From Nitrosopumilus sp. (GTDB lineage Archaea; Thermoproteota; Nitrososphaeria; Nitrososphaerales; Nitrosopumilaceae), in assembly GCA_965249555.1 (NCBI GenBank), contig OZ252243.1, forward strand, positions 832,001 through 896,000: a stretch of DNA of 64,000 nt, given 5' to 3'. Position numbers and translations under genes: made by a program. Below, piece after piece: positions 39,864 through 51,076 of this stretch. The notes under the pieces were generated by a model. That model was not told the DNA's origin. It saw only the letters and a list, made by a program, of their open reading frames with translations, and ran no database searches. Positions within the stretch are counted from its first letter, which is position 1. Every line of letters begins with the position of its first letter.

Positions 39864-40924
39864 AACTTTGGAACCTTATTAATTTCATCAAACGATATGT
39901 ATTTTTCAATTAATTCCCTTACCACGTAACCAAACTTATGATCTATTTTTTCTGGAATATCTCCAAATAGACGATATCTACAAAAAATATCTGGTTCATT
40001 ATAACCAACTAGACTTCTTGGTCCAGTAGTACCAGAAAATCTTGGATTGATTTCAAATGGTATAATGCCATCATCAGTTTTTCTACATTGTATATTTACA
40101 GGTCCATTTGCACCTAGAGCTTTAACGATTTTTTCGGCAGAAGCTCGTATATCCTTAAAATCATCAATAAGCCCTTGAGAAATGCCAGATGAGATAACAT
40201 ATTTTTTGCCACTTTTAGGATCTACAATTGTTTGTCTTGTTGATAAACCACTTCCTAACATTCTTTTCATTGCTATTGATGTCATTAATTTTCCATTATC
40301 CGCGTATAGAACACCAATAGTAAATTCATCCTCAGAAGTACCAACATAATTTTGAATGAGGGGTTCCATACCATATTTTTTTAAATATTTTGTAAAAAAT
40401 AGTGCTTCTTCTAGATCCAATGCTAAAAATACATTTTGAGATCCACCTCCAATTCTTGGTTTAATGATTATTGGAAAATCTGGAAATATCTTTAGATCAT
40501 CTTCATTCTCATATAGGACATAATTAGGATGTTCAAATCCATTTTTTTTAAGAAAATTCATTAATTCTAATTTATCGGTGCATTTCTCAATAACTTCCCA
40601 AGGATTAAGAAGTACTTTGATTCCTTGCTCTTCAAAAAGAGTAGCATTTTGTGAAATTTTTCTTAATTCAGGTTCAGAACCTGAGACGATTGCCTGAATA
40701 TTTTCTTTTTTACAAATTTTCAAAAGACTATCCAAATAACTTTCAGAATGTACAGATTGAATTAAATATTTTGAGGATGTTTCATATAATCCAAAACTTG
40801 TAGGTGAAATATCTGTCGCAGTAATATTATAATCGTTGTCAGATAATTTGAAGGCCTTCATTAGTTCTCTCCCTGTTCCTCCACCTCCAGTTCCAGTGAT
40901 TAGTACATTAATTGATTCAGACAT
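39860..40924 (-). CDS. ATP-grasp protein
   Basis: DKL, IIKPR.GGGS and FEINPRFSG motifs. Confidence 0.9.
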   Translation of the reverse strand: MSESINVLITGTGGGGTGRELMKAFKLSDNDYNITATDISPTSFGLYETSSKYLIQSVHSESYLDSLLKICKKENIQAIVSGSEPELRKISQNATLFEEQGIKVLLNPWEVIEKCTDKLELMNFLKKNGFEHPNYVLYENEDDLKIFPDFPIIIKPRIGGGSQNVFLALDLEEALFFTKYLKKYGMEPLIQNYVGTSEDEFTIGVLYADNGKLMTSIAMKRMLGSGLSTRQTIVDPKSGKKYVISSGISQGLIDDFKDIRASAEKIVKALGANGPVNIQCRKTDDGIIPFEINPRFSGTTGPRSLVGYNEPDIFCRYRLFGDIPEKIDHKFGYVVRELIEKYISFDEINKVPKL

Positions 40925-40954
40925 TTCTTAGTAAATTGAGATAAATCTCTAATA

Positions 40955-42163
40955 TTATATGAGTTTCTCAGTTGATTTTAATTCTTTTGTTTGTAACCTA
41001 AACCATATTTCAACAGCTAAAATAGAAATTGCTTTGTTGAGATAACGAATATCACCATCATTTTCAATTTTTTCAAAAATCCGATTTATCCAATCAAAAT
41101 TGATTATTTTATTTGTATAAATATGACTTTTTTTATCTAAAAGAAAAGTTTCACAGATTTGTTTTCCATTGATTTGCCAATCAAGAATTAAATCTGGGGA
41201 AAATCCTTTTTTTTCATCTATATGTTTAATTTTTAATCGTTTAGTAATTTTTCGAAGAATCAATTTACCTTTATTTTGTTGAAGATCATATTTTTCATTA
41301 ATTGGAATATGTCTAGCAAATGAGATAATTTTACTATCAAGAAAAATTGGTACACCTTTGATTTTATAATGTTTATAAATTGAATGACTAGTTGGAATAA
41401 AATCAAACATAAGTTTCCCGTTAAAATCTGCTAACATTAATTGATTGATAGGTTCTAAACTATTTTGAAAATATTTTTTAAAAATTGTGTAAATATTTGA
41501 CCAGTTAAAGTTTATTTTCTTATTAAAAATATATTCTTGATCAGGAACCCAGTCTCTATTATGACACTCTAAATATTTTTTAGTTTTATTTAACCAGTTG
41601 TCGTTTGATGATAAATTTCCAAGGAATTTTTTATATCTAAAAGTATATCCTGAAAAAATCTCATCAGCCCCATCTCCAGTTATTAGAATGGAACTAAATT
41701 TTTTTGCTTCTTCTGCAATTAAATGATTATAAGTATTCCATCTAGGTTTTTTTGTAATAGAAATAATTTTAGACATATTTTCAAAAGTTGATTGCATATG
41801 AACAATTTTAAAATCTGCATTGAATTGTTCTGAAATTTGTTTTGCAATTTTAGATTCTTCATAGTTTTCACCAAATACACCACAAAGTGCAGTTATTTTT
41901 CTTCCAGGAAATATTTTACGTGTTAATGCCAAACAAAGTGTGGAATCAATGCCTGCACTAAGAGATATTGCAATTGGTTTATCATTATCAGGTATTTTAG
42001 TTCTTATTGATTGTTCTAATAGTTGTTCTGAAATTTTTCCATTATTATCAGAGTTTGTTGGAAGAAAATCTCTGTATGAAGCTAAATTCATTAAAGAATA
42101 ATTAGATGGATCATAACGTAAAGTAAGAAAATTTTGTAAGAAAATAGGATTAATTTTTTTCAT
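40955..42163 (-). CDS. Asparagine-synthase synthetase domain (no glutaminase domain)
   Basis: LSAGIDS, TGDGADEIFSGY, K.ILR and KKGF motifs. Confidence 0.85.
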   Translation of the reverse strand: MKKINPIFLQNFLTLRYDPSNYSLMNLASYRDFLPTNSDNNGKISEQLLEQSIRTKIPDNDKPIAISLSAGIDSTLCLALTRKIFPGRKITALCGVFGENYEESKIAKQISEQFNADFKIVHMQSTFENMSKIISITKKPRWNTYNHLIAEEAKKFSSILITGDGADEIFSGYTFRYKKFLGNLSSNDNWLNKTKKYLECHNRDWVPDQEYIFNKKINFNWSNIYTIFKKYFQNSLEPINQLMLADFNGKLMFDFIPTSHSIYKHYKIKGVPIFLDSKIISFARHIPINEKYDLQQNKGKLILRKITKRLKIKHIDEKKGFSPDLILDWQINGKQICETFLLDKKSHIYTNKIINFDWINRIFEKIENDGDIRYLNKAISILAVEIWFRLQTKELKSTEKLI

Positions 42164-42206
42164 TAGAAAAGAAATTTGTTATCAACTAATTATTTGTTGA
42201 TGTTAA

Positions 42207-43238
42207 TTAATTATTTTTTTCTACACAACAGGCAAATCCACTTTGTAGTTCTTTAAGAAATATTATTTTTAGATTTAAATCATTACACCAATCCCTTATT
42301 TCATTTTCTGTGTGTCGCCAACAATATTTTGGATGATACCAATCAAAATTACATGAATTAGAGTAATCATAACCCCAGGATTCATTCCAAAAACATTTAA
42401 ATATAAAATCATAAACAAAACGTTGTAAATCATATTCACCTTTTTTTAATCCCAATAAGTCAATATTTTCAGATAAATCAATTTTGAGGTTTTGTTCAGA
42501 TAAGGATTTACCAAAATTTGTAATTTGTTTGATTTTTTCCCATGCTTCATCATAGCTTAAATCACTTATTTGTGAACGAATATAGTCATCAGAAAATTCT
42601 CTAAGAGGTGATTTTTTTTTGTAAATATAAAAAATACACTTTCCCTTAGTTTTTAACTTTTTTATAGAATTTTGTAATGCTGTTTTTGTATCTGGTGTAT
42701 GATGAAAAACTCCATTACTTACAATAATATCAAAACTTTCATCTTTGTATGGAAGACAGTTTAAATCTGCTTGAGCTAAAATTGGACTAGGAGAAATACC
42801 TAAAAGTGTTTTTTTTGCAGCATGTATCGCTTTGGATATATCAATACCATGAAATTCTTGAGCTCTTGAAGCACATAATTTTGCAAAAGCACCATTACCT
42901 ACTCCTATATCAAGAATCAATTTATTATCAAATAACGTAAGATCTTTATCATTTAATCCCATCATTTCAAGATATATCGGTTTAATTTTTTCCTCATATT
43001 CTTTATTATTTTGTGCAAAATTTGTGTTAGTCCATTTGTCACCAAATGAATCTTGGACCTGCTTTTGAATAGGATCATCAACATTGTTAACAAAATTTGG
43101 TATGCCATCATGGATTTTATATTTAATATTTTTATTTTTTAGATAACCATCATTATATTCCAAAGATTCAAGATTAATAGGATCAACCCAATGAATTATT
43201 TGCTTATCAAATTGTTTATTGAAATTTATGTTATTCAT
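42207..43238 (-). CDS. SAM-dependent methyltransferase with Trm112-like N-terminus
   Basis: Y.I.DGIP.F, LDIGVGNG and GVFHHTPD motifs. Confidence 0.85.
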   Translation of the reverse strand: MNNINFNKQFDKQIIHWVDPINLESLEYNDGYLKNKNIKYKIHDGIPNFVNNVDDPIQKQVQDSFGDKWTNTNFAQNNKEYEEKIKPIYLEMMGLNDKDLTLFDNKLILDIGVGNGAFAKLCASRAQEFHGIDISKAIHAAKKTLLGISPSPILAQADLNCLPYKDESFDIIVSNGVFHHTPDTKTALQNSIKKLKTKGKCIFYIYKKKSPLREFSDDYIRSQISDLSYDEAWEKIKQITNFGKSLSEQNLKIDLSENIDLLGLKKGEYDLQRFVYDFIFKCFWNESWGYDYSNSCNFDWYHPKYCWRHTENEIRDWCNDLNLKIIFLKELQSGFACCVEKNN

Positions 43239-43328
43239 TCAGAAATAATTAATAAAAACAATATCTAAAGTTTGTGTTTGAATTAATTGGTAATACATAA
43301 TTAAAAATTTAATTTTTTATTATTTAAT

Positions 43329-44486
43329 TCATGTTTTATGATAAAACATTTTTTGTTCTAAAGAAAAATCAAGAGAAAATTCTCCTAATCCTTTAGATAA
43401 TGAAGAATCATAATCTAGTCCACTTTTTCTATATTTAGCTAATTTTTCTACTGCTTTAAATCCTAAAACAGTTAATTCTATGACTGGATTTGGTCCAAGT
43501 AGTTCCAATGTCCAATTTAATTGGCTATTTATTTTAGGTTTGGATGGAATACAATTAATTCCAGATTTTAGAGATTGTTTATAATCTATAGAGCCAAAAT
43601 ATACCAATATCATAACCTTAGGAGAAATATTTTTTAATTCTGATGGCTTGATACCATTTTTCCCTCCAATTATTTCATTTTTTAAGGGTGCTGAATTTAT
43701 TATTATTAAGTCACAATTTTTTAAATATGGTTTAACATGTGAATCTTGAAGATCAGAACCAATAACTGTTGCTCCATATTGAGATAATTCTTTACTCATT
43801 GTTTTACTAATACAAAATAATGAAGCACCTGTTAATTTAATAGAGTCAAGCATGTAAAATACGGATTTATTTTCTGCCACTAGTATTACTTTTTTATTTT
43901 TTAGATCAATGTTATTTTGCTTAAGAAGCACAGTTATCATATCGCCATTGTATTTCATCAAGTTCATGATGTTATTATCTTCATTAACACCTAAAACACA
44001 TATTTTATTTTTCCAACATGAAGATAAATCTAAATCATCTTTTCTATATTCCCAAGGTTCCCACATTAATGATATTACACATGTAGGTTTCAAGGATTCA
44101 ATAAATTTTTTATTAATTGGTCTTACATGCCCACTATTAGTAACAATATCAATATTTTGTAAAATTTGTGATGTTAATTTTTTGTGAATTTGTATATTAT
44201 CTAAGTTAAGATAATTTAATAAATTATTAAAATTTGACATAATTTGATCAGCAGTTCCATATTTTGAGTTTTTTGTAATGCAGACTATTGATGCAGATTT
44301 AGAATATGCAGCTATAAGTGGGGCAAACATCCAATTTCCTGATGCTGCTTCTGTTAAAACTGTTAGATTCGATAAATCAAGATTTGTTTTTTTAATTGAT
44401 TTTTTAATAATTTTAATTATATTGTTAATACTCTCTATATCTTTTTGATCATTTTGATTAAAAAAATCTAAGTTTCCATTAGTCAT
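43329..44486 (-). CDS. Hypothetical Rossmann-like protein of glycan loci
   Basis: LTEAASG, DIVTNSGHVRP and LMWEPWE.R..DLD motifs. Confidence 0.6.
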   Translation of the reverse strand: MTNGNLDFFNQNDQKDIESINNIIKIIKKSIKKTNLDLSNLTVLTEAASGNWMFAPLIAAYSKSASIVCITKNSKYGTADQIMSNFNNLLNYLNLDNIQIHKKLTSQILQNIDIVTNSGHVRPINKKFIESLKPTCVISLMWEPWEYRKDDLDLSSCWKNKICVLGVNEDNNIMNLMKYNGDMITVLLKQNNIDLKNKKVILVAENKSVFYMLDSIKLTGASLFCISKTMSKELSQYGATVIGSDLQDSHVKPYLKNCDLIIINSAPLKNEIIGGKNGIKPSELKNISPKVMILVYFGSIDYKQSLKSGINCIPSKPKINSQLNWTLELLGPNPVIELTVLGFKAVEKLAKYRKSGLDYDSSLSKGLGEFSLDFSLEQKMFYHKT

Positions 44487-45187
44487 TTTTGTGAATTCTT
44501 CATCCGATAAATTTTATTTATTTGATCCATTCTAAATGATTCTAGGTGATTTTTTTCTAGATGTTCTAATAATTGTATAAATAAAGTACGTGTACCGTTT
44601 GTAGATAATTTTCTATTTGAAAAAAGATATTCTTCATCATTGAAAAAAGGTCTAAGTTTTTCATAATGTTCATTACTAGAAGTATTCATAAAGATATGAA
44701 ATGGATGGAAAAGAAATATCTTAACACCTACATCAGATAGATCGAATTTATCAAGATTGAATTTAGTATTTTTATAGAAATAACCTATATCACTAGCATA
44801 TATGGGAATTTCTAATACATCTGTCCATTCAAAAAGGAAAGGTTGAATATTTTTTTCATATGGCATATAATAATTTGAATCATATTCAATTCCAAGTTTT
44901 TCATAGCTTTTCATCAGTGAACTATTATGAAAAAGTCTGTGACATCTACACCCTTTAGTCTCTTTTGAAGGTAAAATTTGAATTGATTCTTCAAGAATTT
45001 TTTCTTGATCTATGATTGAATTTAGATTTGGATGAATTGCCAATTCATGATTTTTTAATTTATTAAAGTTGATTTTGTTAGTAATAAAAAATGTAGATTT
45101 AACATTATATTCATTAAGTAAATTTAAAGTATCATCTATCATAGAATCCATAGCCCAATCAGTATCAAAAGATAATCCAAACATCAT
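44483..45187 (-). CDS. WbmS-like polysaccharide deacetylase
   Basis: FDTDWA, TFFIT, HELAIHPN, R.H, YDSN and FHPFH motifs. Confidence 0.8.
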   Translation of the reverse strand: MMFGLSFDTDWAMDSMIDDTLNLLNEYNVKSTFFITNKINFNKLKNHELAIHPNLNSIIDQEKILEESIQILPSKETKGCRCHRLFHNSSLMKSYEKLGIEYDSNYYMPYEKNIQPFLFEWTDVLEIPIYASDIGYFYKNTKFNLDKFDLSDVGVKIFLFHPFHIFMNTSSNEHYEKLRPFFNDEEYLFSNRKLSTNGTRTLFIQLLEHLEKNHLESFRMDQINKIYRMKNSQK

Positions 45188-45295
45188 TGCTTTGATTTTT
45201 TTGAGATATAAAAATGAAATTTGTCTACAAAAAAGGGTTCACATTAATTTTTTTAAAGAGAAGGTTTTTTGCAGATATTGATTTAATCAGTTATA

Positions 45296-46342
45296 ATGGA
45301 AAAAGGAGATACATTTGTCGTTATGGGTGGTACTCATCGTGCCGTTCTTACTCTTAATGAGATTCTCAAAATAGATGGAATCAATATCCCATTTGCAATT
45401 TTTCAAGAAGATTATTCATGGGATAAGCAATGGTTACCAGATTTAGAAAAAATAGCAAAGGAAAATTCTATTCCTTTTCATGTTTACAAATCAGGTGAGA
45501 AGCTAAGTTTAGAAACAATTAAAAAAGTTAATGAGATTACACCAAAAGCTATTATTGGTATAGGAATTTGGAGATCATTTCTTCCCTTAGAATTTTGGAG
45601 AAAATCTGAATACGGGTATATTGGTTTACATGGAACACTTTTACCAGAATATCGTGGATTTGCAGGAATTAATTGGTATGTCATAAATGGTGAAAAAGAA
45701 GCAGGCATGCAAATGCTTCAGCTTGATGAAAAAATTGATGGTGGAAAATTGGTTTCAAAAAAAGACGGTACACCGTTTAAGAAAAAAATTTCATTAAGAT
45801 TAGAAAGAACAATGAAAGAGATTATGAATGATGTGGAAAAAATACATGTAGAATTACTAATTGATTTAATTCAAAGTATAAAGGATAACAATATCATGTT
45901 TACAGAGCAAGATGAAAGTAAATCTACATGGACATGCCATAGGGGTCCTGATGATGGAGAGATAGATTGGAACAAAACTTCCCTTGAAATATATAATTTC
46001 ATTAGAGGTCAATCTGAACCCTTTCCAGGGGGATTTTCATTTTATGAAAATAAAAAATTTGTTATCACAAAAGCTTCAATTCCTCTTAAACCAAAGAAAT
46101 ATGTTGGTAGAATTATAGGAAAAGTAGTAGAAAGATCTTCTGACGGTACGGTAAACATTATTACAAGAGATGAGATTCTTAAGATTGAAGAAATTAAAGT
46201 TGATGGAATTGAAATAAAACCTACAAAATTTATTAAATCAGTGAAACAGACATTGGGGTATAACTCAAGAATGGAAATAAAAATATTGAAAGAGAAAATT
46301 TTTGAATTAGAAAATGTTATTAAAAAATTGGAAAAAATATAA
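45296..46342 (+). CDS. Sugar formyltransferase (Fmt/ArnA fold)
   Basis: HGTLLPEYRGFA..NW, D.G, DGEIDW and R....PFPG motifs. Confidence 0.88.
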   Translation: MEKGDTFVVMGGTHRAVLTLNEILKIDGINIPFAIFQEDYSWDKQWLPDLEKIAKENSIPFHVYKSGEKLSLETIKKVNEITPKAIIGIGIWRSFLPLEFWRKSEYGYIGLHGTLLPEYRGFAGINWYVINGEKEAGMQMLQLDEKIDGGKLVSKKDGTPFKKKISLRLERTMKEIMNDVEKIHVELLIDLIQSIKDNNIMFTEQDESKSTWTCHRGPDDGEIDWNKTSLEIYNFIRGQSEPFPGGFSFYENKKFVITKASIPLKPKKYVGRIIGKVVERSSDGTVNIITRDEILKIEEIKVDGIEIKPTKFIKSVKQTLGYNSRMEIKILKEKIFELENVIKKLEKI

Positions 46343-46343
46343 T

Positions 46344-47456
46344 TTAGTTTAATATTTTTTTAATTTTCTTACTGATTTCATATACATCTTCACCATTTAA
46401 AATAGATTCATAAATAATTACTAATTGTTTATGAATTGTGTCTGGTGATTGATATTTCTCTAGCCAATTTCTTCCACGCATAGAATATTTTTTTCGAATA
46501 TTAGGATCTTTAAGTAATTCTAATTGATCACAAATTTCATCTACTGTTTTAGCGTTTACAGCAGGTGGAGGTTCTGGATGCATGTTTAGATAACAGTCAG
46601 GTGAACATGAGGTAAGTAAAGGCTTAGCACAACAAAAAGTCTCCATACCAATTCCCCCTATTCCATTTAGAATAAATTGATCTGCTACAACATCTGCTAA
46701 ATTATAATAATTTAATAATTCGGAAGAATTTAGTCGCTCTAAAAAATAGACATTATTTTCAATTCCTAATGATTTTACCAACTCCTTACTTTTTTGAGAA
46801 TCACGGCCTATGTTGACGGTTATAAGTAATGCTTTAGGATTATTCTTCAAAAATTTATTAAATCCTCTAATGAGAATATCATTTCCTTTAACATCCCATA
46901 TGTGGCTAGGTGGATGAAAGAGTATAAAATCAGATGTAAATTTTGTAATTGTAGTTTTTTGAGATTTAAAAAAATCAAAAATATCAAAAAGTATTGGAAG
47001 AAATATTTTACGCTCTACTTTTAATTTTGATAATCGTTCAAAATCCCCAGGAATGGAGTATAGAACCAATTTTGATTTTCTATATGCTCTTCGCAATAGA
47101 ACACCACGTAAAGAATTAGTAAATGCCATTTCTCTTAAATCACTACCCATTATTTGAGAAATGAAGGGTCGTCTTGATGCATATGCAAAAATTGGAAATT
47201 CCACATGAGCATGAATAAGATCATATTTTTTGTCACGCATTATTTTTAGTAGTTCAAATTTCCATGATGATGAGTTTTTATCATAAAATTTTATCCAATT
47301 AGGATACTCTGTTAATTCTTTATTTCGTAAAAAAGGATCACTTGCAGGAGGAGGATTTTTTTCCATCACTAAATCTATTTGAAAATTATGTCTTCTAAAA
47401 TTACGTACATGGTAATATCCAACATTTGCAAGATTACCAGCATATAGAATTTTCAT
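46344..47456 (-). CDS. Glycosyltransferase family 4
   Basis: KGND, ADVVADQF and E....KP motifs. Confidence 0.88.
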   Translation of the reverse strand: MKILYAGNLANVGYYHVRNFRRHNFQIDLVMEKNPPPASDPFLRNKELTEYPNWIKFYDKNSSSWKFELLKIMRDKKYDLIHAHVEFPIFAYASRRPFISQIMGSDLREMAFTNSLRGVLLRRAYRKSKLVLYSIPGDFERLSKLKVERKIFLPILFDIFDFFKSQKTTITKFTSDFILFHPPSHIWDVKGNDILIRGFNKFLKNNPKALLITVNIGRDSQKSKELVKSLGIENNVYFLERLNSSELLNYYNLADVVADQFILNGIGGIGMETFCCAKPLLTSCSPDCYLNMHPEPPPAVNAKTVDEICDQLELLKDPNIRKKYSMRGRNWLEKYQSPDTIHKQLVIIYESILNGEDVYEISKKIKKILN

Positions 47457-47645
47457 AGAATCGCCTCAAGAATCAACAAATCAAACATGCTCGCCATCTT
47501 TATCCAAAGGGTATTAACAAAAGTTACTATATTTACTACTAAACAGGAATTGTAGGTCTTATGAAAGTTATCAGAAACAAAATATATGAAAAATTACGAG
47601 GGAAAATTTTTCTACAAATTAATTATAAAGTAGGTTATTGTTAAT

Positions 47646-47690
47646 AAAAATACATAATGTTAAATCTAAATTAAATTATTTAATTTGTAA
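47646..47690 (+). repeat. Duplicated upstream/promoter block, copy 1
   Basis: Near-identical to 52262-52307 and directly before a start codon. Confidence 0.7.
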
Positions 47691-48413
47691 ATGCATAAAG
47701 AAGTTTTCGAAAAATTTAAAATTGTAGGATTAACCCATTTTTATGGAGATCATTTTGATTCTAGAATATATGCATCATACATATTGTCAAAAACTAAAAC
47801 CAATAATATTTTAGATGTTGGTTGTGGCGCAGGAATTCTTTTAAGTTGTGCACCTCCATGTTTTAAGGTTGGCATAGATATGAATTTTGATACTTTAAAA
47901 CAAGTAAAAAAATTAGACGAAAATATTGAAACAGTTTTTTGTGATGCTCAGTTTTTGCCTTTCAAAAATAATATTTTTGAAACAATAACTGCAATGCACT
48001 TATTTCCAGTAATAAATAATCTTAAAGGAGATTGGAAAAAAGCAATGGAAGAAGTTCATCGAGTTTCAAAGAAGAAGAACATGCTCATGATCACAGGAGC
48101 AAATAGAACAAGTCGTCATTTTAAGAAAACACATCCTATAGATCATAGAAAAAAATATTTGAATTATAAACAACAAATTGAGATTCTTGAAAAAAATTAT
48201 GAAATAATTGTAGAAGGATATGGTCCACATTCAAATTGGATTATGTATGCCTTAAAAACTATTTATAAAATTCCTGAGATAATATTAAAATTATTTAATA
48301 TTGAAAAATTTATTTTTTGGTTTTTAAAATCAAAAAATTATTTGAAAAATGGGAGATCATATATAATTATTTGTAAATTAAAGGAACCGTATCCAAATGA
48401 AAAAAATAATTGA
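47691..48413 (+). CDS. Class I SAM-dependent methyltransferase
   Basis: LDVGCGAG, GID and DAQFLPF motifs. Confidence 0.88.
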   Translation: MHKEVFEKFKIVGLTHFYGDHFDSRIYASYILSKTKTNNILDVGCGAGILLSCAPPCFKVGIDMNFDTLKQVKKLDENIETVFCDAQFLPFKNNIFETITAMHLFPVINNLKGDWKKAMEEVHRVSKKKNMLMITGANRTSRHFKKTHPIDHRKKYLNYKQQIEILEKNYEIIVEGYGPHSNWIMYALKTIYKIPEIILKLFNIEKFIFWFLKSKNYLKNGRSYIIICKLKEPYPNEKNN

Positions 48414-48466
48414 AAGTAAGACTGGGATTTGAAAAAAGCAATAATCGAGGTTGATGAAAATTAGAA

Positions 48467-49870
48467 ATTAAAGAAAAATCCATCGTAATAATAGGAGCAG
48501 GCATGTCAGGATTATCAATTGGTTTAGAATTTTCTAAACATGGTCAACAGGTAACTATACTAGAAAAAAATCCTTTTGTGGGAGGTATTGCAACAAGTAT
48601 ACAAAATAATGGATACATTATGGATATCGGTCCCCATTATGTAACCTTACCGAATGATTCTGAAATTACAAAAAATATAATCAATATTATTGGTACAGAA
48701 AATTTTGAAGAATTACCACATAATATTAGACATTTAAGAAAAGTGTTTTTTCATGGAAAAATGTGGAATGAATTTCCAACAATAAATCAATTCTTAACCA
48801 AACTAAATTCAAAAAAATTATTGCAATTAGTAATAGATTTGATCAAGATGAAGACAAAAAATTATTTGAAATTATATCATCAAAATACTACAAAAGAATA
48901 TCTTGTATCAAATTATGGAAATTATCTATACGAAAATTGGTTCAGACCATATTTTCATAACTTGTATTTTGACATAGAACCAGAAAAGAAGATGGTAGAA
49001 AAGAAATTTCCTCCTGTTACTATAAAAAAAATGTTCAATTCAGTTAGTTCAAAAAATTCATTAACAAAAATTAATGATGATAAGTCCAATTATTTTAATT
49101 GTTATTTTAAAGGAGGCATGATAACGCTGATCAATGGATTGAAAAATGAAATTGAAAAATATGGTGGAAAAATTGAAACAAATGTGGATATAAAATCCAT
49201 AGAACATCAAAATAATAAAAAAATAACATATGTAAAAAAGAATGAAAATTTTGAAATAGAATCAGATGTAATAATTTATGCACTTCCTTTAAATTTAGTT
49301 CAAAAATGGTTTGAAATCAAATCACAATTAAAAGAAAATGGTGAAAAAGATGCCTTAAATTCAATAATGGCTTTTCTTTTTGTTGATTCTCCTAGAGTGT
49401 TAGATAAATGGATAGTAGATATTTATGATACTGATGTTATTTTTTGGAGAGTTTCGCAGCAAAGTTTCTTAAGTAGTACAATTGCTCCAACTAACAAAAC
49501 TTTACTTAATATAGAAATTAGAGTTAAAGATGAATCATCAACTTGGATGTTAAATGATGAATTACTTGTTGATAAAATCAAATCAGATTTGAAAAAAATA
49601 GGAATTCTTAAAGAAGGAAAAATTGAAAATTATAAAATTCTTAGATTAAAAAATCTCTACCCATTAAATCAAGATAAAACTAATAACAATACTCTAAAAA
49701 ATTTGATTAATTCATTTGATAATGAATATGCGGTAGGAACTGAATTAGACACAGGTACACTAATTTCAGAAGTAGATGAAGCACGAACAAAAACATTCAG
49801 AATGGGAGGAGTTTTAATAGCAATGCAGAATGCAAAAACCTTGGTTGATAATATTATTCAAAAGTCATAA
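48467..49870 (+). CDS. FAD-dependent oxidoreductase (protoporphyrinogen/amine oxidase-like); start uncertain
   Basis: IIGAGMSG spans the track start at 48503; EK...VGG, DIGPH and GGM..L motifs. Confidence 0.8.
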   Translation: MKEKSIVIIGAGMSGLSIGLEFSKHGQQVTILEKNPFVGGIATSIQNNGYIMDIGPHYVTLPNDSEITKNIINIIGTENFEELPHNIRHLRKVFFHGKMWNEFPTINQFLTKLNSKKLLQLVIDLIKMKTKNYLKLYHQNTTKEYLVSNYGNYLYENWFRPYFHNLYFDIEPEKKMVEKKFPPVTIKKMFNSVSSKNSLTKINDDKSNYFNCYFKGGMITLINGLKNEIEKYGGKIETNVDIKSIEHQNNKKITYVKKNENFEIESDVIIYALPLNLVQKWFEIKSQLKENGEKDALNSIMAFLFVDSPRVLDKWIVDIYDTDVIFWRVSQQSFLSSTIAPTNKTLLNIEIRVKDESSTWMLNDELLVDKIKSDLKKIGILKEGKIENYKILRLKNLYPLNQDKTNNNTLKNLINSFDNEYAVGTELDTGTLISEVDEARTKTFRMGGVLIAMQNAKTLVDNIIQKS

Positions 49871-49924
49871 TATTCAACAATATTAATTCAAATTATTATG
49901 ATCAAACTCTTGAATAGAAAATGA

Positions 49925-51001
49925 TTAAGTAGTTCTAAAAAATTTTTCAAATAATAAGTTAGGATTTTTTAAAGCTTTAGAAATTTTCCATTTTGTTTTA
50001 TTTTGAATTTTATTATACAAATCAAATTGTATTTCTTTACCATTCCATTTGGATTTATAATGTCTAATACCTTTTTCTTTTTCTGAATTAGGATGAGGAT
50101 TTGCACCACCCACATCATAAGTCAGGAAATTATGTTCTTTAGACCATTTAATTGTATTCCATGTAAGAAAACTTCCACCTTGAAATGTTTTTTGAGAATT
50201 GATTACACTATGTTGAACAACATTGTTGTTAAATAATTTATTAGCTATTCCACTAATTAATTCTCCATCTAATCTTGCAACATACATTTTTTCATATCCA
50301 GGTTTATTCAATAATTCCCATGAATAATCATTAAATTCTTCAGTATTTTTTATGATTTTATCTTTTTGTTTATTATCACTGTGTTTGATTTCCATCCATT
50401 CATCTAAAACTGTTCGATCATTAACAACTTCAAAACTCAAGTTATTTTTTTCACCTTTTCTAATATCATATCTAGTTTTGTTATGTAATGATTTGTATAA
50501 AGAATCAAGATCAGATTTTAAGTCAGTTATCCAAGTATCCCATTTAATGTCATTGTAATCCATTTGTTTAAATTGTTCATCGTGTACATTATCAGAAATT
50601 GGTGTAGATGAACCAGTAATCATTAAAACATTATTTTCTTTTGAAAATTTTTCCAATACTTCTAAAATATTTGAAAAAATTTCTTTACTTCTTTCTTTGT
50701 TATGAATTATTGGCCCATAATGCCAATAAATTCTAGAACCATTATTAATTTTAGATGTAATCGATTGAAAAAGACTATCTTGTAGTTTGTTATTTATAAA
50801 ATGTTGAACTGCCAAAAGTTGGGCTAAAATGTTTCCTTTAGAATCTTCAACTGTAATATAGAGAGGTTTGGAACCAAAAGCCTTTTCATATGGTTCATAA
50901 TTTTTGCTCATCTGAAATGCAGTAGATGTAGGTACTTTCATTAACAAATTATCCCAATCTGTATTGTCAACTTCAGTTACAATCTCAGTTTTTAATATCA
51001 T
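49925..51001 (-). CDS. FemAB/GNAT-family aminoacyl or acyl transferase
   Basis: YGPI, DL.....L.K.TR..IRK, YDVGG and YKSKW motifs. Confidence 0.8.
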   Translation of the reverse strand: MILKTEIVTEVDNTDWDNLLMKVPTSTAFQMSKNYEPYEKAFGSKPLYITVEDSKGNILAQLLAVQHFINNKLQDSLFQSITSKINNGSRIYWHYGPIIHNKERSKEIFSNILEVLEKFSKENNVLMITGSSTPISDNVHDEQFKQMDYNDIKWDTWITDLKSDLDSLYKSLHNKTRYDIRKGEKNNLSFEVVNDRTVLDEWMEIKHSDNKQKDKIIKNTEEFNDYSWELLNKPGYEKMYVARLDGELISGIANKLFNNNVVQHSVINSQKTFQGGSFLTWNTIKWSKEHNFLTYDVGGANPHPNSEKEKGIRHYKSKWNGKEIQFDLYNKIQNKTKWKISKALKNPNLLFEKFFRTT

Positions 51002-51076
51002 GTCAAAATAAATTATATCACGTATTTATGGATTCATGAACAAATATTTCATAAGTAAAAAAAATAGTGATTTGAT

